This document shows, in pieces, positions 19,001 to 29,596 of a stretch of 64,000 nt of DNA (the first letter of the stretch is position 1; each line of letters begins with the position of its first letter). Made by a program: the position numbers and the translations under genes. The stretch comes from a virus, in the IMG/VR virus record IMGVR_UViG_3300046170_000478, positions 30,028 through 94,027 of that record. One strand, 5' to 3'. The notes under the pieces were generated by a model. The model saw only the letters and a list, made by a program, of their open reading frames with translations, was not told the origin of the DNA and did not search any database.

Positions 19001-20902
19001 AGACACGCTAAAGAACTGAAACAATTTAGAAAAAACAAGGCATCAGGTATGAATCCTGCAGATGCTCAAAAAGCAGCTAGATCTACCGTAGCCAAGAGGG
19101 GAATGATGGGAACTGCTGCCAAACGACTGGGCGTGGTTGGATCGATAGGTTTCGGGGGTTATGAAGCTGGGTCAGCTTTCTTTGATGATAGCCTAGAGCA
19201 AGAGCAGAAAGATGAAAGATATAAAAGTGCTGCTGGCTCTACAACAGGAGCTTTGGTAGGTGGATTGGTTGGTTCTATACTTGGCCCAATAGGTACAATT
19301 GTCGGATCGGCTGCTGGAGGATATTTAGGTGGTAAACTGGGAGACTCTGAAGGAGCAGATAGTGCTGTAGCGACTAGGCGAGAAGAGTCTTTCAAAGAAG
19401 CTCAGACTTTTGGGATGTTAGATTTTAATGCATCTGATTTTCAAGAAGCTATTGAGGAAAATCTAGACGCGATTACCGCTCAAGATGGCTTTGAAGCGGC
19501 AGCAAATCTTCAAAAAGCTTATGATGATGCTTTGGCAGCAAAAGCCCAATTACTAGATGAAGCTAAAAAAGGAGAAGTTTCAGAAAAAGATAGGGTCGCT
19601 ATTCAAGAACGACTAGATCAAGCTTCCATGAGGCTTGCTGGGGTTAGATTCAAATCTGCTGCAGATGAAAGTGCAAATATAAAAGCTATAGCTCAAACAG
19701 AAAGAAAAATAGTTGCGTCAAGTGATGCTCTAGCTAAGGCTAGAAAAGAATTAGCTGATAAAACCCTAGATATGGCTGCTAGGGTTAAGAGAGAACAATC
19801 TCAGGGTAAACTAAGGACTCAATTATCTCAATCTGTTTCTGGACCGTTTGCTGGAGCTGTAGGATTAGCTTCTGAACAAAACCTAATGTTTAGAGATATT
19901 AATGTAGCTAAGAATGAAAAAGTAAATGCTGAAGCTGCTCTAAGGGCAGGTCAGAAGATTGGAGTTTCAGGAGAGGAGTTACAAGATCTTAAAGATGCTG
20001 TAAGCTCCGCTGGAGAAAACTTTGAATCAACTGTCAATAACGCTGCAGTTTCATTCAAGAATAAAATGGTAGCCCTTGAAAAGGGTATTGCAGATATAGA
20101 TAAGCAAAAGGCGAAACTAAGAGAAAAGGAAGTTCAAGCCTCAGAAAACTTTATTCAAAAAGTTGTGGCAGGAAATAAAGGAGGAGGGTCATTGAATTTC
20201 CTGATGGACTCTATGACTAATCTTAAAGCTTTTACAAAAGATATCCAAGCTAGAAAATCCGCCGTAGAAAAACAAGGGGGGACTTTTGAAATGACAAGAG
20301 AAGAAGTCCGTAAATTAGCTCAAATGCAAGCCGCTGTTGAGCAAGGTGGAGAGAACGCAGGTCTCTCTCAAAACTTCTCTGAACTAATTAAAAAACTAGC
20401 GCCTGAACTTTCTAAAATATTTTCTGGAGAGGGGGCAATGGGGGCGAAAGCTAGAGCTAGAGCCATGTTCGGGGACGAAGAGTCTAGAGCTGAATTTGAG
20501 AGAAGATATGGGAAAGGAGCTATTGACAAAATTCTTGCTGGAGAAGGGATGTCAGAGAAAAAAGCGATAGATGAATTGACTAAAACTCAAGAAGATTTAA
20601 GAGCGCAACTAGAGATAACTAGGAAAAATTATGAAAAGCTTAATACAGATGCTGATACTGCAGCCCTAGCTGCGAATATAACAAACCTAGCTACAGAAAT
20701 GGAAATGGCTGCTCGTGGCTTATTTGAACTTAATGATTTCTCCGCTAGAATTACAAAAACAGTAACAGATACAAGTGGATTGATAACCACAAATGCAGCT
20801 TTCGTTGAAACTCAGAAAGGTTTAATATCTGCTCTAACTTTAGAGTTAGCCAATCTGAAAATTAAAGTTGATGACCTTTCTGCAGATTCAGATCTTAAAT
20901 AA
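16040..20902 (+). CDS. tail tape measure protein (TP901-type core)
   Basis: 1620 aa, Ala/Gly-rich. ELARQG, DLAEAFSRAGSTA, GVSFDQLLGL and GAVIGNAFKSIFTR are classic tape-measure core motifs. Glycine-zipper hydrophobic segments. Confidence 0.9.
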   Translation: MATSLNASLNVSLNPQSLNASTKQVQQALGRITGQASEFQKSLDASTARVFAFGATTAVLNGVTQSFKKLVSSTIEVEKRLIEINSIFQATDATFNKFRNSIFKVAKETGQSFATVADGAAELARQGLSAEETAKRLKASLVLTRISGLDAEKSVKALTAAINGFASAGLNANQIVNKLVAVDTAFAVSAQDLAEAFSRAGSTAEDAGVSFDQLLGLVTAVEQKTARGGAVIGNAFKSIFTRISRGSTIDKLKELGVEIDATQTGIQKLNALSVALQNVSDPTVASQIKELAGGVFQINVVSAALKDLGSDTSIFASAARTASQATNEAFEKNAELSKSISSQINVLVQGLTSLSEKIGTITFGPLLKNLIGLANKFTEFLDNALDPEKGNTFIKGLFKAIGSFLSGPAVVIFTAAFVKIFKLVARFAGDGLKSLFAIGTQTERIKNIEGGIVGLLQKDESLRNAITSSTITQAQKEQLVLNAIRSENKLLERQAQLVRQIATSAAAKGVTGFSATSGTFKGRRGKRYASGFMEEEATARMLGAPDNVQAHFGKGTIGGRRFVMNDNEVEIPNFAGGNSAVIPMYAGGNLPKYNRGFLSPLKNRTDITTRQQAIDAGYSGAAASSRFGAAPKVAPTQKMEDVIQVNPTGSAMLVPNIGKTSRINKGTRGRFKFKGKNMGFEYGAGLGVYGPKVPETVDGAANPQDERLRKNITRGVTTSAANYAGSLNPILGKPKPSQISKMLQRQGGGKGALRGVVGAAFEAAVNVGLGISPARKVDGGDFDIKGVSGEKRKDVNTMFGVKNQATNLYDYKENAGKNSYSSFAKKLANQGRYTTVKRPKFSKKGFAGGYMPKFAKGATGGGGGGGGLMIGLFALQGVLGGVTSSYEQNKSAVEADTEEKIQALKQSKKSYKEISSGIKALKEEGKARGEAKTAMEVLAEKAMLAANALITLSTLNMVTGGGLGKAGSFLMGKGGKAAKLTQAQNKARHAKELKQFRKNKASGMNPADAQKAARSTVAKRGMMGTAAKRLGVVGSIGFGGYEAGSAFFDDSLEQEQKDERYKSAAGSTTGALVGGLVGSILGPIGTIVGSAAGGYLGGKLGDSEGADSAVATRREESFKEAQTFGMLDFNASDFQEAIEENLDAITAQDGFEAAANLQKAYDDALAAKAQLLDEAKKGEVSEKDRVAIQERLDQASMRLAGVRFKSAADESANIKAIAQTERKIVASSDALAKARKELADKTLDMAARVKREQSQGKLRTQLSQSVSGPFAGAVGLASEQNLMFRDINVAKNEKVNAEAALRAGQKIGVSGEELQDLKDAVSSAGENFESTVNNAAVSFKNKMVALEKGIADIDKQKAKLREKEVQASENFIQKVVAGNKGGGSLNFLMDSMTNLKAFTKDIQARKSAVEKQGGTFEMTREEVRKLAQMQAAVEQGGENAGLSQNFSELIKKLAPELSKIFSGEGAMGAKARARAMFGDEESRAEFERRYGKGAIDKILAGEGMSEKKAIDELTKTQEDLRAQLEITRKNYEKLNTDADTAALAANITNLATEMEMAARGLFELNDFSARITKTVTDTSGLITTNAAFVETQKGLISALTLELANLKIKVDDLSADSDLK

Positions 20903-20919
20903 AGTGACTAAAATTTAAA

Positions 20920-22467
20920 ATGGCTAGCTTAATAGTAACAAATGTTTTAACTTCTTCGGTTCAGATAGAATATTCTTATCTGAACACTGAGGAGCTATTT
21001 GGCTATAAGGTTGTTGGATCTTATCAGATTGACGTTTCTGATATTAATATTGAACAAGAAGACACTACTTTAGTTAAAGGCAGGGACGCTATTGAAAGCG
21101 CCTACAATAGACCAAACATTACAGCAAGAATCGGAGCTGATGATTATATAAATGGTCAAATAACTTCATATAGTTTTGATGCGGGGACTCTAGTAGGATC
21201 TGAAGTTGTATCTATTACAATAGAAGAGTATAGAAGATTAGATGATTATTCTTCTTCTGAGTTTGCAAAATACATTCCAAACCCTCATGCAATATCTAGT
21301 TTTTCTGAGTCTTATGATTTCTCTAGAAATGGCTCTGATTACAGCTCAAGTAGAAAGATATCCTTAACATATATTCAAGATGCGGGAGATCAATTTCTCA
21401 ATAATGCCAAGACCTTTTTAACTAATTATTATTTCGGTAATAGACCTGACTTTGGTTATCAAGAAGATGGAATATCTGAAAACGCTAAAATTAGCGATAA
21501 TTTTCGGGGATTGATCAGTGAGACTTATGATCTTATTGGGCTAAGCGTTTCTTTAGAGGAGAATGTGAATTCTTCAATAGTTGATGATGCTAATAAGGTC
21601 AGTAAGAAAGAGACTCAAAACTTGAGTATTGATGAAAGAGGTTACTTAAACAAAACTATAAATATAGATCTTACTTCTCTTAGATTAGATTCTGAAAATG
21701 TTATCAATGCAGCTATAGCAAATATTATTGACGCGAAGAAGGCTGAAGAACAAGTTGAATTTGGCAACCCACATTCTATATCTAAAGCAGTCTCTACAGA
21801 CGGAAATAAAGCAACTATCTCCCTTTCTTTTTCAACAGATCCCAAAAAATCTCAAGAGAATGTGATATCATATTCTGGAACCGAGAGTAAAGATGGAAGA
21901 TTTATAAGTTATTCATTATCTATAGAATACGTATCGGATGGAAAGAACAATATAGATAAATTTAAAAATACTAGGGCTTCTTGGGGAAACGAGCAGCCTC
22001 TATATCCATTAAAAATTCGTAGATTATTTCATCCTACATTTCAATTTTTTGAAAAGAGTAGGTCAACAAACTTCTTAAAAACCGAGGGAAAGATTACTGA
22101 GAGTGTAGTATTCACTAGTGATGATGCATATCAATCATCTGACGATGGATTACTTAAATTTAAAAAAACTTTAAATAAAGCAAATCAAATTAATAGATTG
22201 GAGAAATTTTTAAATTTAGAAGATTTAACAGATCAGATTGTACAGAGTAATCTAAAAACTGTCGGACAAGCGAGCGTGTCAGCTGAAGCTACAGTTAGTC
22301 AAAGTGCAGGAATACTCAAAGCCAAAGAAATTTTACAATCAAAAACTGCGGAATTAAATGAATTGGTTGATGAGGATGTTATTCATATTACCTCGGATAC
22401 AACAAGTCTAAACCTAGGGGACGGGAAAGCTACTAGAAACTTAACTTATTTATTTATTGAAGAGTAA
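20920..22467 (+). CDS. tail tip/distal tail protein (putative)
   Basis: Follows the tape measure. Ser/Thr-rich beta repeats. Confidence 0.5.
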   Translation: MASLIVTNVLTSSVQIEYSYLNTEELFGYKVVGSYQIDVSDINIEQEDTTLVKGRDAIESAYNRPNITARIGADDYINGQITSYSFDAGTLVGSEVVSITIEEYRRLDDYSSSEFAKYIPNPHAISSFSESYDFSRNGSDYSSSRKISLTYIQDAGDQFLNNAKTFLTNYYFGNRPDFGYQEDGISENAKISDNFRGLISETYDLIGLSVSLEENVNSSIVDDANKVSKKETQNLSIDERGYLNKTINIDLTSLRLDSENVINAAIANIIDAKKAEEQVEFGNPHSISKAVSTDGNKATISLSFSTDPKKSQENVISYSGTESKDGRFISYSLSIEYVSDGKNNIDKFKNTRASWGNEQPLYPLKIRRLFHPTFQFFEKSRSTNFLKTEGKITESVVFTSDDAYQSSDDGLLKFKKTLNKANQINRLEKFLNLEDLTDQIVQSNLKTVGQASVSAEATVSQSAGILKAKEILQSKTAELNELVDEDVIHITSDTTSLNLGDGKATRNLTYLFIEE

Positions 22468-24071
22468 TGTCTGAACAAATTACATATGGAACTTATACTT
22501 TCCCAACTCCTGTCCCTTTCGTTGGACAAGGGGTTGAGCCTGTTTACCTTGGAGGCAAGGCTGACCACTTTAGAAATACGGTTGAACTCGTAGGCAACTT
22601 AACTGGAGAAAATTTAAGTGGTTTACACTTGCAGAAGATGCAAATGGTTAGTGGTTTAATGTCAACATTTGAAACTCTTACCGTTTCTCATGACGCAGGT
22701 AATAAGACTTTTACACAAGCAAAGCCTGAGACGATTTCTTTTTCTGATTCTGACTTGAGTACTGTCTTGCCATATTCTGTATCTTTTAGCTGTTATAAAT
22801 CGGAAGACTTTTCTGAATTTTTTGGAATAACTAATCCTACCGATACTTGGTCTTTTAATGAACAAGATGGTCGTATTGTAGAAGCAAGCCACAATGTTTC
22901 AGCACAAGGTTTAAAAGTTGATGCGACCTCTCCACTGGTAAATGCTAGACACTTTGTGACTGGTAGGACAACAGGTTATCGTGATTTAAGTCTATTTTTG
23001 ACTGGAGCGACAGGCTATTTGATGTCTAGAACAGAGAATATAGACAGGAGCCAGAATACCTACGGGTTGCAAGAAACTTATCGTTATAACTCAAGCGAGT
23101 ATATGAAGACTGGTTTATCTGGAGTTTTTTCATCAGACTGTTCTATATCTTACGAGAAAGAAGCTGGCTTAAGCGTGAATGTTAATGCTAGTATTCAAGG
23201 GGACTTTGATTCCATTAGAAACTCCGAGGGTCTTGTGACTACAGGACTATTTACAGCGTCTCAAGCTCAAGAAATTGCAGTTAACGCCATCGCGTCTTCC
23301 CTCTCTGATTATGAAAGCGGAATCTATACCTTTATGGATAGAGGTCCGAAAACAGTATCTTATGATATAGATACTGGAACTAATGTTATTAACTTTTCCT
23401 ATGTATTCTCTGACCCTGAAAATACAGACCAAGTCGGCAATGTTTCGCACAAGAGAAGTTCTTCTGTAAACGCCAGCAAAGATGATTCAAAAGTTAAAGT
23501 TTCAATTCAGGGAGAATTTAAATATAATTCTCCTTTTGAAGTTATCCCTACTGGAGACCCAGCTACTGGGCAAAGGTTTATTGAAATAGATGAGCAATAT
23601 AGTGGGATAGCTACTGGGTCTGGGTTTTTAAATTTAGCTATTGAGGCTTTGCAAGACTTTACGGGTTATGCAACTGGATACTATATAAGTGGAGACTATA
23701 TTAATCCTGAGCCTCTTAGTAGGTCCATTTCTAAAAATCCATCTGATAGTATCATTAATTACTCATTAGAATTTGATAATAGGCCAGATCTTTCTAATGG
23801 AACCCTGACAGGTTTGAAAGTTACTTTAACTGATAAGCAACCATTGGAGCGAAGTGGAATAGTTCCAAGTTTAGGGGGGTTTGCAAAACAAAAAATAAAT
23901 AACCGTAGTGCAGGAGAGTTTTCTGCGTCTGCTGTTTGTGAAGCCTCAACAGGACAGTTGCAAGAACTAAAAGATGTTGTGAGTGGATATATGACAGGAG
24001 TATATATATTTTCTGAGTCAAGTAGTTTAAATGACAATTCTATTTCTTATAATGTAAGTAGGTACTATTAA
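22467..24071 (+). CDS. tail tip protein (putative), [ST]G-rich
   Basis: TAATG coupling to the previous gene. Similar repeat style to it. About 25 [ST]G dipeptides. Confidence 0.5.
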   Translation: MSEQITYGTYTFPTPVPFVGQGVEPVYLGGKADHFRNTVELVGNLTGENLSGLHLQKMQMVSGLMSTFETLTVSHDAGNKTFTQAKPETISFSDSDLSTVLPYSVSFSCYKSEDFSEFFGITNPTDTWSFNEQDGRIVEASHNVSAQGLKVDATSPLVNARHFVTGRTTGYRDLSLFLTGATGYLMSRTENIDRSQNTYGLQETYRYNSSEYMKTGLSGVFSSDCSISYEKEAGLSVNVNASIQGDFDSIRNSEGLVTTGLFTASQAQEIAVNAIASSLSDYESGIYTFMDRGPKTVSYDIDTGTNVINFSYVFSDPENTDQVGNVSHKRSSSVNASKDDSKVKVSIQGEFKYNSPFEVIPTGDPATGQRFIEIDEQYSGIATGSGFLNLAIEALQDFTGYATGYYISGDYINPEPLSRSISKNPSDSIINYSLEFDNRPDLSNGTLTGLKVTLTDKQPLERSGIVPSLGGFAKQKINNRSAGEFSASAVCEASTGQLQELKDVVSGYMTGVYIFSESSSLNDNSISYNVSRYY

Positions 24072-24072
24072 T

Positions 24073-25461
24073 ATGAGCGAAAAAGGTTTAAATTACTCTT
24101 TAACAGAATCATTGGGAAATAATAATGACTTACTTGTCTTTTATAATTTTTCTGGGCTTAGTGGTAGGCATATCGGAATTGATAATAGAGCAGGAACCAA
24201 ATATTCTGTTATAGAAAATTGCGAGCCAGTAAATGATACAGGAATATATAGCGGGGTTGTAGTTGGGTTGGGTTCTACCACAGATGCAGGAACTAAAGAG
24301 CTAACTACAGGAACATTTTTAATCAATGATAAAGCAGACTTGTCTGAATCAAACTTGCAAATTACAGGTACCGAGACATTGCCTTATTCCAATTGCTCTG
24401 TGATCATGGACTTTGAATTTAATGGGGAAGTGAATGATTGCGTATTATTTGGTTCTCTTGAGAAGAGTTCAACAACCATCAATGATCAAGTTATAACGGG
24501 AGCAAAAGGATTCAATTTTGGCATAACAGATAGAGGAAAGCTTTTTTACCAAGGTTTTGGCAAAGACGGGGATTTCATATATACTTCTAGTGATTTAGAA
24601 TTATCTAAAAGAAACATAATTAGTTTTTCCCTTGGATTTAATCAAGTCACCATGTGCAAATATGACTTCTTCAATCAACAAATTGATAAGGATGATTTCA
24701 ATGTTGACACATCTTATATTGCTAATAATGAAGATTTTTACATCGGGGGTTCTAATCAATATTTTAGAGGGACGAACGGAGAATTTAAGACTTCTAATGT
24801 AAGCCTAAATTCCTTCGCTTTACTATCGGGTTATATTTCTCCTAATACTATATTTGGTCTGGGTAGTGGAATGATAGGAAATTACTTCACCTCTTCTGAA
24901 TCAGCTACAACGGAGACTAGAATTACAGGATATCATCAAACCACAGTTTATGAAACGGGTATAACTGGGTACGACTATGAGGATACTGGAAGTATTAACC
25001 TGTCTACGGGAAGAGGAATGCTTACAGGAAACTTCTCTTTTGATTCAAATACTAATACGGGAGAGGGCGATAGATATTTTGTTTATAGATTTTTTGATGT
25101 AAACCAAGTAACTGGGTTTGTAAAAGAAGAGGTCGGGTTTCTACATCCAGATTCTGGTTATCAATACTTGCCGACTGGAGACACTTCTGCATTTGATACC
25201 TTGGGATTACAAGATGTCGAGGGAGCAGTAGCAGAGTATATAGAACAAAGGGGTATATCTGGAGCGGCTGCTATTTCTGTTCAGCTATTTGGATCTAGAA
25301 TACAAACAGGAGTCTTAGATAAAATAAGTGGAGTTATTCAAGAGCCTATGTACGAGACTGTGATAGATAATCCCAAGTCTGATAATTCAGGTATTAGGAT
25401 GGACGTAAGTGGAGAGTATTTGAAGAAAGATTACATTTATTATTTAGGAGATAGGATATGA
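24073..25461 (+). CDS. virion protein with LamG/concanavalin-like domain, [ST]G-rich
   Basis: LLVFYNF, GFNFGI and FYIGG motifs. About 24 [ST]G dipeptides. Confidence 0.5.
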   Translation: MSEKGLNYSLTESLGNNNDLLVFYNFSGLSGRHIGIDNRAGTKYSVIENCEPVNDTGIYSGVVVGLGSTTDAGTKELTTGTFLINDKADLSESNLQITGTETLPYSNCSVIMDFEFNGEVNDCVLFGSLEKSSTTINDQVITGAKGFNFGITDRGKLFYQGFGKDGDFIYTSSDLELSKRNIISFSLGFNQVTMCKYDFFNQQIDKDDFNVDTSYIANNEDFYIGGSNQYFRGTNGEFKTSNVSLNSFALLSGYISPNTIFGLGSGMIGNYFTSSESATTETRITGYHQTTVYETGITGYDYEDTGSINLSTGRGMLTGNFSFDSNTNTGEGDRYFVYRFFDVNQVTGFVKEEVGFLHPDSGYQYLPTGDTSAFDTLGLQDVEGAVAEYIEQRGISGAAAISVQLFGSRIQTGVLDKISGVIQEPMYETVIDNPKSDNSGIRMDVSGEYLKKDYIYYLGDRI

Positions 25462-26324
25462 TTTACGACTCTGTTATATTTACTGGTGACACTACAATTT
25501 CTGGATGCTCTTCTTCGGACTTGCATACAGATAATTTTCTTTTATTAAACAAAGATGTAGCGGGGTCTCAAGATGTCGTTTATTATGACCGAAGAGTATC
25601 TCTTGAGGATAGGAGATTTCAATTATCTTTAAATGGCCAAACTTTAACTCAGGAGGTTCCGATAACTGGGCTAGCAATTAATGAGATATCTTACCAAATA
25701 AATACTGGAGATTTCTTTATTAAAGATGAGGAGAGTAATCCGATTGATAAAAGCAGAATATTTTTTGACCAGACCACCCCAGCAAATGCTTTAGATGATA
25801 TTTCTTATAATCTAGTTTCTGGTTCTGGGATAATCGCTGCAACAGGAGATTTCGGACAATCCTTAAAAACAAGTATCACTGATGGTATCGGGACAACATC
25901 AATTGCTTTCAATGAATGCGATTATTTTTTAAATGGTCAAAAGGTTTATTCTGGTGTTGGCGTTGGAGTTTCTGTTGGGACAGAGTCTAATTTCATACCT
26001 CTTTTTGGAGGAGCTGGATCAGAAGCCCAAAATGTCGGAGGTGTAGTCACAACAAATAATAAAAATGAATTTAAATACTCTGCTTACAAGAAGAGATTTA
26101 GGTCAGACTCTGTAACAGGGGTAAATCCTGATGTTTTTGGTTCTGGATTTATAGAGAAAAGAACAAATTATTATATTAATGGAGTTTCAGAGCTTCAATC
26201 TAACTATCTAGAGCTTTATACAGGTGTAAGTATAATAAAATCAGGAGTTAATGCTTTGATTAGTGGATCTATCGAGGGGAATAAGTTCACTGTAGAAACA
26301 TTAGTAGAAGATATTATTTTATGA
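25458..26324 (+). CDS. virion structural protein (putative)
   Basis: Three xLNG(Q/V) repeats (SLNGQ, FLNGQ, YINGV). About 13 [ST]G dipeptides. Confidence 0.45.
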   Translation: MIYDSVIFTGDTTISGCSSSDLHTDNFLLLNKDVAGSQDVVYYDRRVSLEDRRFQLSLNGQTLTQEVPITGLAINEISYQINTGDFFIKDEESNPIDKSRIFFDQTTPANALDDISYNLVSGSGIIAATGDFGQSLKTSITDGIGTTSIAFNECDYFLNGQKVYSGVGVGVSVGTESNFIPLFGGAGSEAQNVGGVVTTNNKNEFKYSAYKKRFRSDSVTGVNPDVFGSGFIEKRTNYYINGVSELQSNYLELYTGVSIIKSGVNALISGSIEGNKFTVETLVEDIIL

Positions 26325-28828
26325 GAGAAGGCATAACAAAAGTAGATTTGAATTTTACAAACGCTGGAGGAGGTCACACAGCGTCTGTAACTTCTTTCTT
26401 GAACCCCAAATCTGTAGAGACTGGGGAAGATTTGGGCATTGTCATCGGTGGGTTAGGTGAGATCAATAACTTTTCTAATCCTAAGATTACTGAGATGCTT
26501 GGGAATTTTATCTGCACTCAGAAAACTACTTCGGCTGGCCCTACAAAAAAAGCGATCACCAGAAGGTATGTGGATAGAACGTCCTTACTTTTAGAATCTT
26601 ATGTGGTTTTAGTTCGGGGTATCAATTCTGGTCCAAATGGAGGTAGTGATTTTGAAGGTGCAGTTCCATATTTTACAGAGGTCTCAAATACTCCCTTAAC
26701 ATCTTTTAGATCTCAGGGACCAAGAGTTGAAGGTTCTGTGATCTACATAGGAAAAGTTTATAATGTAGAGTCTGCAGCTAACTTCCAAGGAGTTAAGATT
26801 AGCCTTGTCTATCACAATAAGAAATTAAAAGAAGATCTCAGTTTAAACACTGAGTTTGTAAATGGCACTTATAAGGCTGCTCCAGATTTATCTCAATACG
26901 ACTTGAAATTTGGTTATACCCTTTCTGATTTTAGATCAGCTTTAAATAGTGTTGGCATATCTATAAATGGATTACCCTCAAGCAATAATACTTTATTTGA
27001 GACCAGTGGCACTCTCAGTAGTGTTGTTAGTAGTATAGCAAGTTATTTGGGTTATTATTGGTATGTAGACCCTAGAAATGGGAGTATTAACTTAATTAAC
27101 AGTGAAATAGCTAGTCAAATACCAATTGATAATTATACAGATACAACCAATTCCGATATTGTAAGTGCATCTTTCACTGAGAGTATCGTTTCTAATAAAA
27201 TAGTTAACGTTTATAATGGATCTACAGAAAAAGATTCAAACAATCCTAAAGATGACGATAGACCTAGACCGATTTTCTTTAAAAGATGTCGATTTGAGAC
27301 TCTAGGGATACATAAAAAAGCATCTAGAACTGTTTTGGCTGCTTTTTTCAGTTTGTTTGATCAGGAGGAAAGTGTTGATGTTTTTGATAAATTTACCTAT
27401 TTCGCAACTGCAATAGCTAAAAACAAATCTTTGAAAAATGAAGTTTTTGGTAAAGAGAAATTAAATGATCATCCGTTTGATTTAAGTAAATTGTATCCTT
27501 ATGAACCAGTTTTAAATCCAGAGGGAAATGCTCTACCACTAATTCCTTTCCTAGAAGAGCATGGGGGAAATGCTGATGAAAAATTAAGAGCAGTATTCAA
27601 TACTAACGATGCAGAAGCAAAAAAAGAAGCGAAAAAAACATCTCTTCTTAATATGGATAGGATTACTAATAAATTTAAATATATTAGGATGACTCAATAT
27701 ACCGTTCAAAACGGGAAAAATGTAGTTAAAAAAATGGAGAGACCCCATAAAAGTGAATTATATAGCTTTCTGAAATTATTTTATCAAATAGCTGGAGGTA
27801 TTTACATTTCAAATGGCTATTCAGAATATAAGGTAGAGAGAATGGAGTTCTCAAATAGTAACAATGTCAATGTTGTTGGTCCTTTAAAAGCCTCTGATAA
27901 AATAAACGAAATTTCGGAATTATCGCCCATAACAGACTTTTTTGACTCTTTGGGCATAGACCAAGATGTGACAGTCAAAGGTCTAGCTAATTTGACTCAA
28001 GCAGAAAATCGTATTGGAGGAGTCCCAGCAAAAAGCACTCATGAGCATCATTTCATAGCTATTAGGTCTATACCTAAGTTAGAGAGAGTTAAATCCACAA
28101 ACAATCAGAAAATAGTTCAAAAAGATGCAAAGGTAGATTTTTCTCCTTTGCAGGAGTATTATGAAATTTATGAAAACCCAGCCAATAAAGAAGACCTCCT
28201 AGTAGGCGGACCAACTTTCCCCAACAACCTTATCGATAAAACTCTTGTTGAGGGAATGAAACATTTGATGAATCAATCAATTGACAATTATTATAGAGCC
28301 ATAAAGAAAAAAACAACTTTACGATTAACCTATAAACGGAGTAAGACACGGGTCAATAAAACAAGCGAAGATGGAGAAGAAGCTGAAGACGATGAATTGG
28401 CAGAAGCTTCAGAAGACGATCAGAAGATCGCTGAACTTTTTGATCGTTATGATTTGAAATATAATTCAATTGAAAGCCCACCTCATAATATGTTAAACAA
28501 GCTCAGTCTATCATCTGCTTCTGGTTCAACTGCAGAAATGAAGGTTCTCCAAAAAATTAGAGGTAAATACCGTAATCGCTTTGATAAGCCTGAATCTTCT
28601 AGTAGGACTTTCTATGGCCTTCAGATCCCAGAGTTTTCTCCAACAATGAATTCTGTTTCTATCTCTATCGGTCCAGATGGTATTACAACTACAGTGAGTG
28701 AGTCTACGATAAAGCTAATTCCACCAGATCAAGGTTTCCAGATTACAGAAGGAATGGAGGCGCTGACTCCGAAATCAATGCTTCCAAGCTCCTTTAATGC
28801 GAGACAGAGGAACACTCTAGGTCTATGA
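26321..28828 (+). CDS. tail tip hub / central tail protein (putative)
   Basis: 835 aa, last gene of the structural run. SIASYLGYYWYVD and SVSISIGPDGITTT are hub-like motifs. Confidence 0.5.
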   Translation: MREGITKVDLNFTNAGGGHTASVTSFLNPKSVETGEDLGIVIGGLGEINNFSNPKITEMLGNFICTQKTTSAGPTKKAITRRYVDRTSLLLESYVVLVRGINSGPNGGSDFEGAVPYFTEVSNTPLTSFRSQGPRVEGSVIYIGKVYNVESAANFQGVKISLVYHNKKLKEDLSLNTEFVNGTYKAAPDLSQYDLKFGYTLSDFRSALNSVGISINGLPSSNNTLFETSGTLSSVVSSIASYLGYYWYVDPRNGSINLINSEIASQIPIDNYTDTTNSDIVSASFTESIVSNKIVNVYNGSTEKDSNNPKDDDRPRPIFFKRCRFETLGIHKKASRTVLAAFFSLFDQEESVDVFDKFTYFATAIAKNKSLKNEVFGKEKLNDHPFDLSKLYPYEPVLNPEGNALPLIPFLEEHGGNADEKLRAVFNTNDAEAKKEAKKTSLLNMDRITNKFKYIRMTQYTVQNGKNVVKKMERPHKSELYSFLKLFYQIAGGIYISNGYSEYKVERMEFSNSNNVNVVGPLKASDKINEISELSPITDFFDSLGIDQDVTVKGLANLTQAENRIGGVPAKSTHEHHFIAIRSIPKLERVKSTNNQKIVQKDAKVDFSPLQEYYEIYENPANKEDLLVGGPTFPNNLIDKTLVEGMKHLMNQSIDNYYRAIKKKTTLRLTYKRSKTRVNKTSEDGEEAEDDELAEASEDDQKIAELFDRYDLKYNSIESPPHNMLNKLSLSSASGSTAEMKVLQKIRGKYRNRFDKPESSSRTFYGLQIPEFSPTMNSVSISIGPDGITTTVSESTIKLIPPDQGFQITEGMEALTPKSMLPSSFNARQRNTLGL

Positions 28829-29596
28829 TTTTTTGCAGATTGCCATCAATTTCCTGCATTCTTTGGCTGGGATGTCCTCATAAGACATCCAATTTGCGGC
28901 CTCTTCATTTCGGTAAGACTCCTTCTTCCACAATGACCTTAGAAACGTTTTAAACTCCTCAAAGGACTTTACTCCATGATTCTCGTTCAAAGCCTTCTGG
29001 AGCGATCCTGAGGGGGTTAATGGGAGCATTACTGAGTCACTAGAGGCATCATATTCCACACTATTAGAATTATTCGCTCCTTTTGACTTATCAATCTCGT
29101 CTGCCCCTACGATATGGATATTTAAGAAATTACGGACACAACGAACAAAAGCCCTATTACAAGCAATAGTCTCTAGGAATTTAGCGCAAAAATCATCCGT
29201 ATTATCTAATGAGGCATTGGCGACATCTTCGTAAATTGTGTTGATTCCAGCGCTTTCGTAATTCTTACCCCAAATAATTCTACAAGTTGCTTTGACATAT
29301 CCATCGGAAATATTCTCCGTTTCAAATGACACTGATTCAAAACCTCTTAGCTTGGCTAGTTCTTTAATGCCTCCGAGCATAATTAGGAGTTGATTGTCTT
29401 TCAATCCATCAGTAGAGCTTGGGACAGGCTTCTTCCTTGCTTCAAACCAACCTTTATTAGGATAAAGGAAGTCGTCTTTGATCATGGATCTCCAATCAAC
29501 AGATCCGTCTTCATTAAAACAATACGAAGCATTCTCTAAAAGGCCGTGCTCGTTTCTCTTGTAAATATCTGGACCGTAAACACTATTCTTGCTCAT
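28823..29596 (-). CDS. Rad52/Sak-like single-strand annealing protein (putative)
   Basis: GIKELAKLRG, ATCRI, DVANAS..N and ETIACNRAFVRCVRNFLNI...DE motifs. Start placed at ATG 29596 from promoter spacing. Confidence 0.55.
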   Translation of the reverse strand: MSKNSVYGPDIYKRNEHGLLENASYCFNEDGSVDWRSMIKDDFLYPNKGWFEARKKPVPSSTDGLKDNQLLIMLGGIKELAKLRGFESVSFETENISDGYVKATCRIIWGKNYESAGINTIYEDVANASLDNTDDFCAKFLETIACNRAFVRCVRNFLNIHIVGADEIDKSKGANNSNSVEYDASSDSVMLPLTPSGSLQKALNENHGVKSFEEFKTFLRSLWKKESYRNEEAANWMSYEDIPAKECRKLMAICKKS

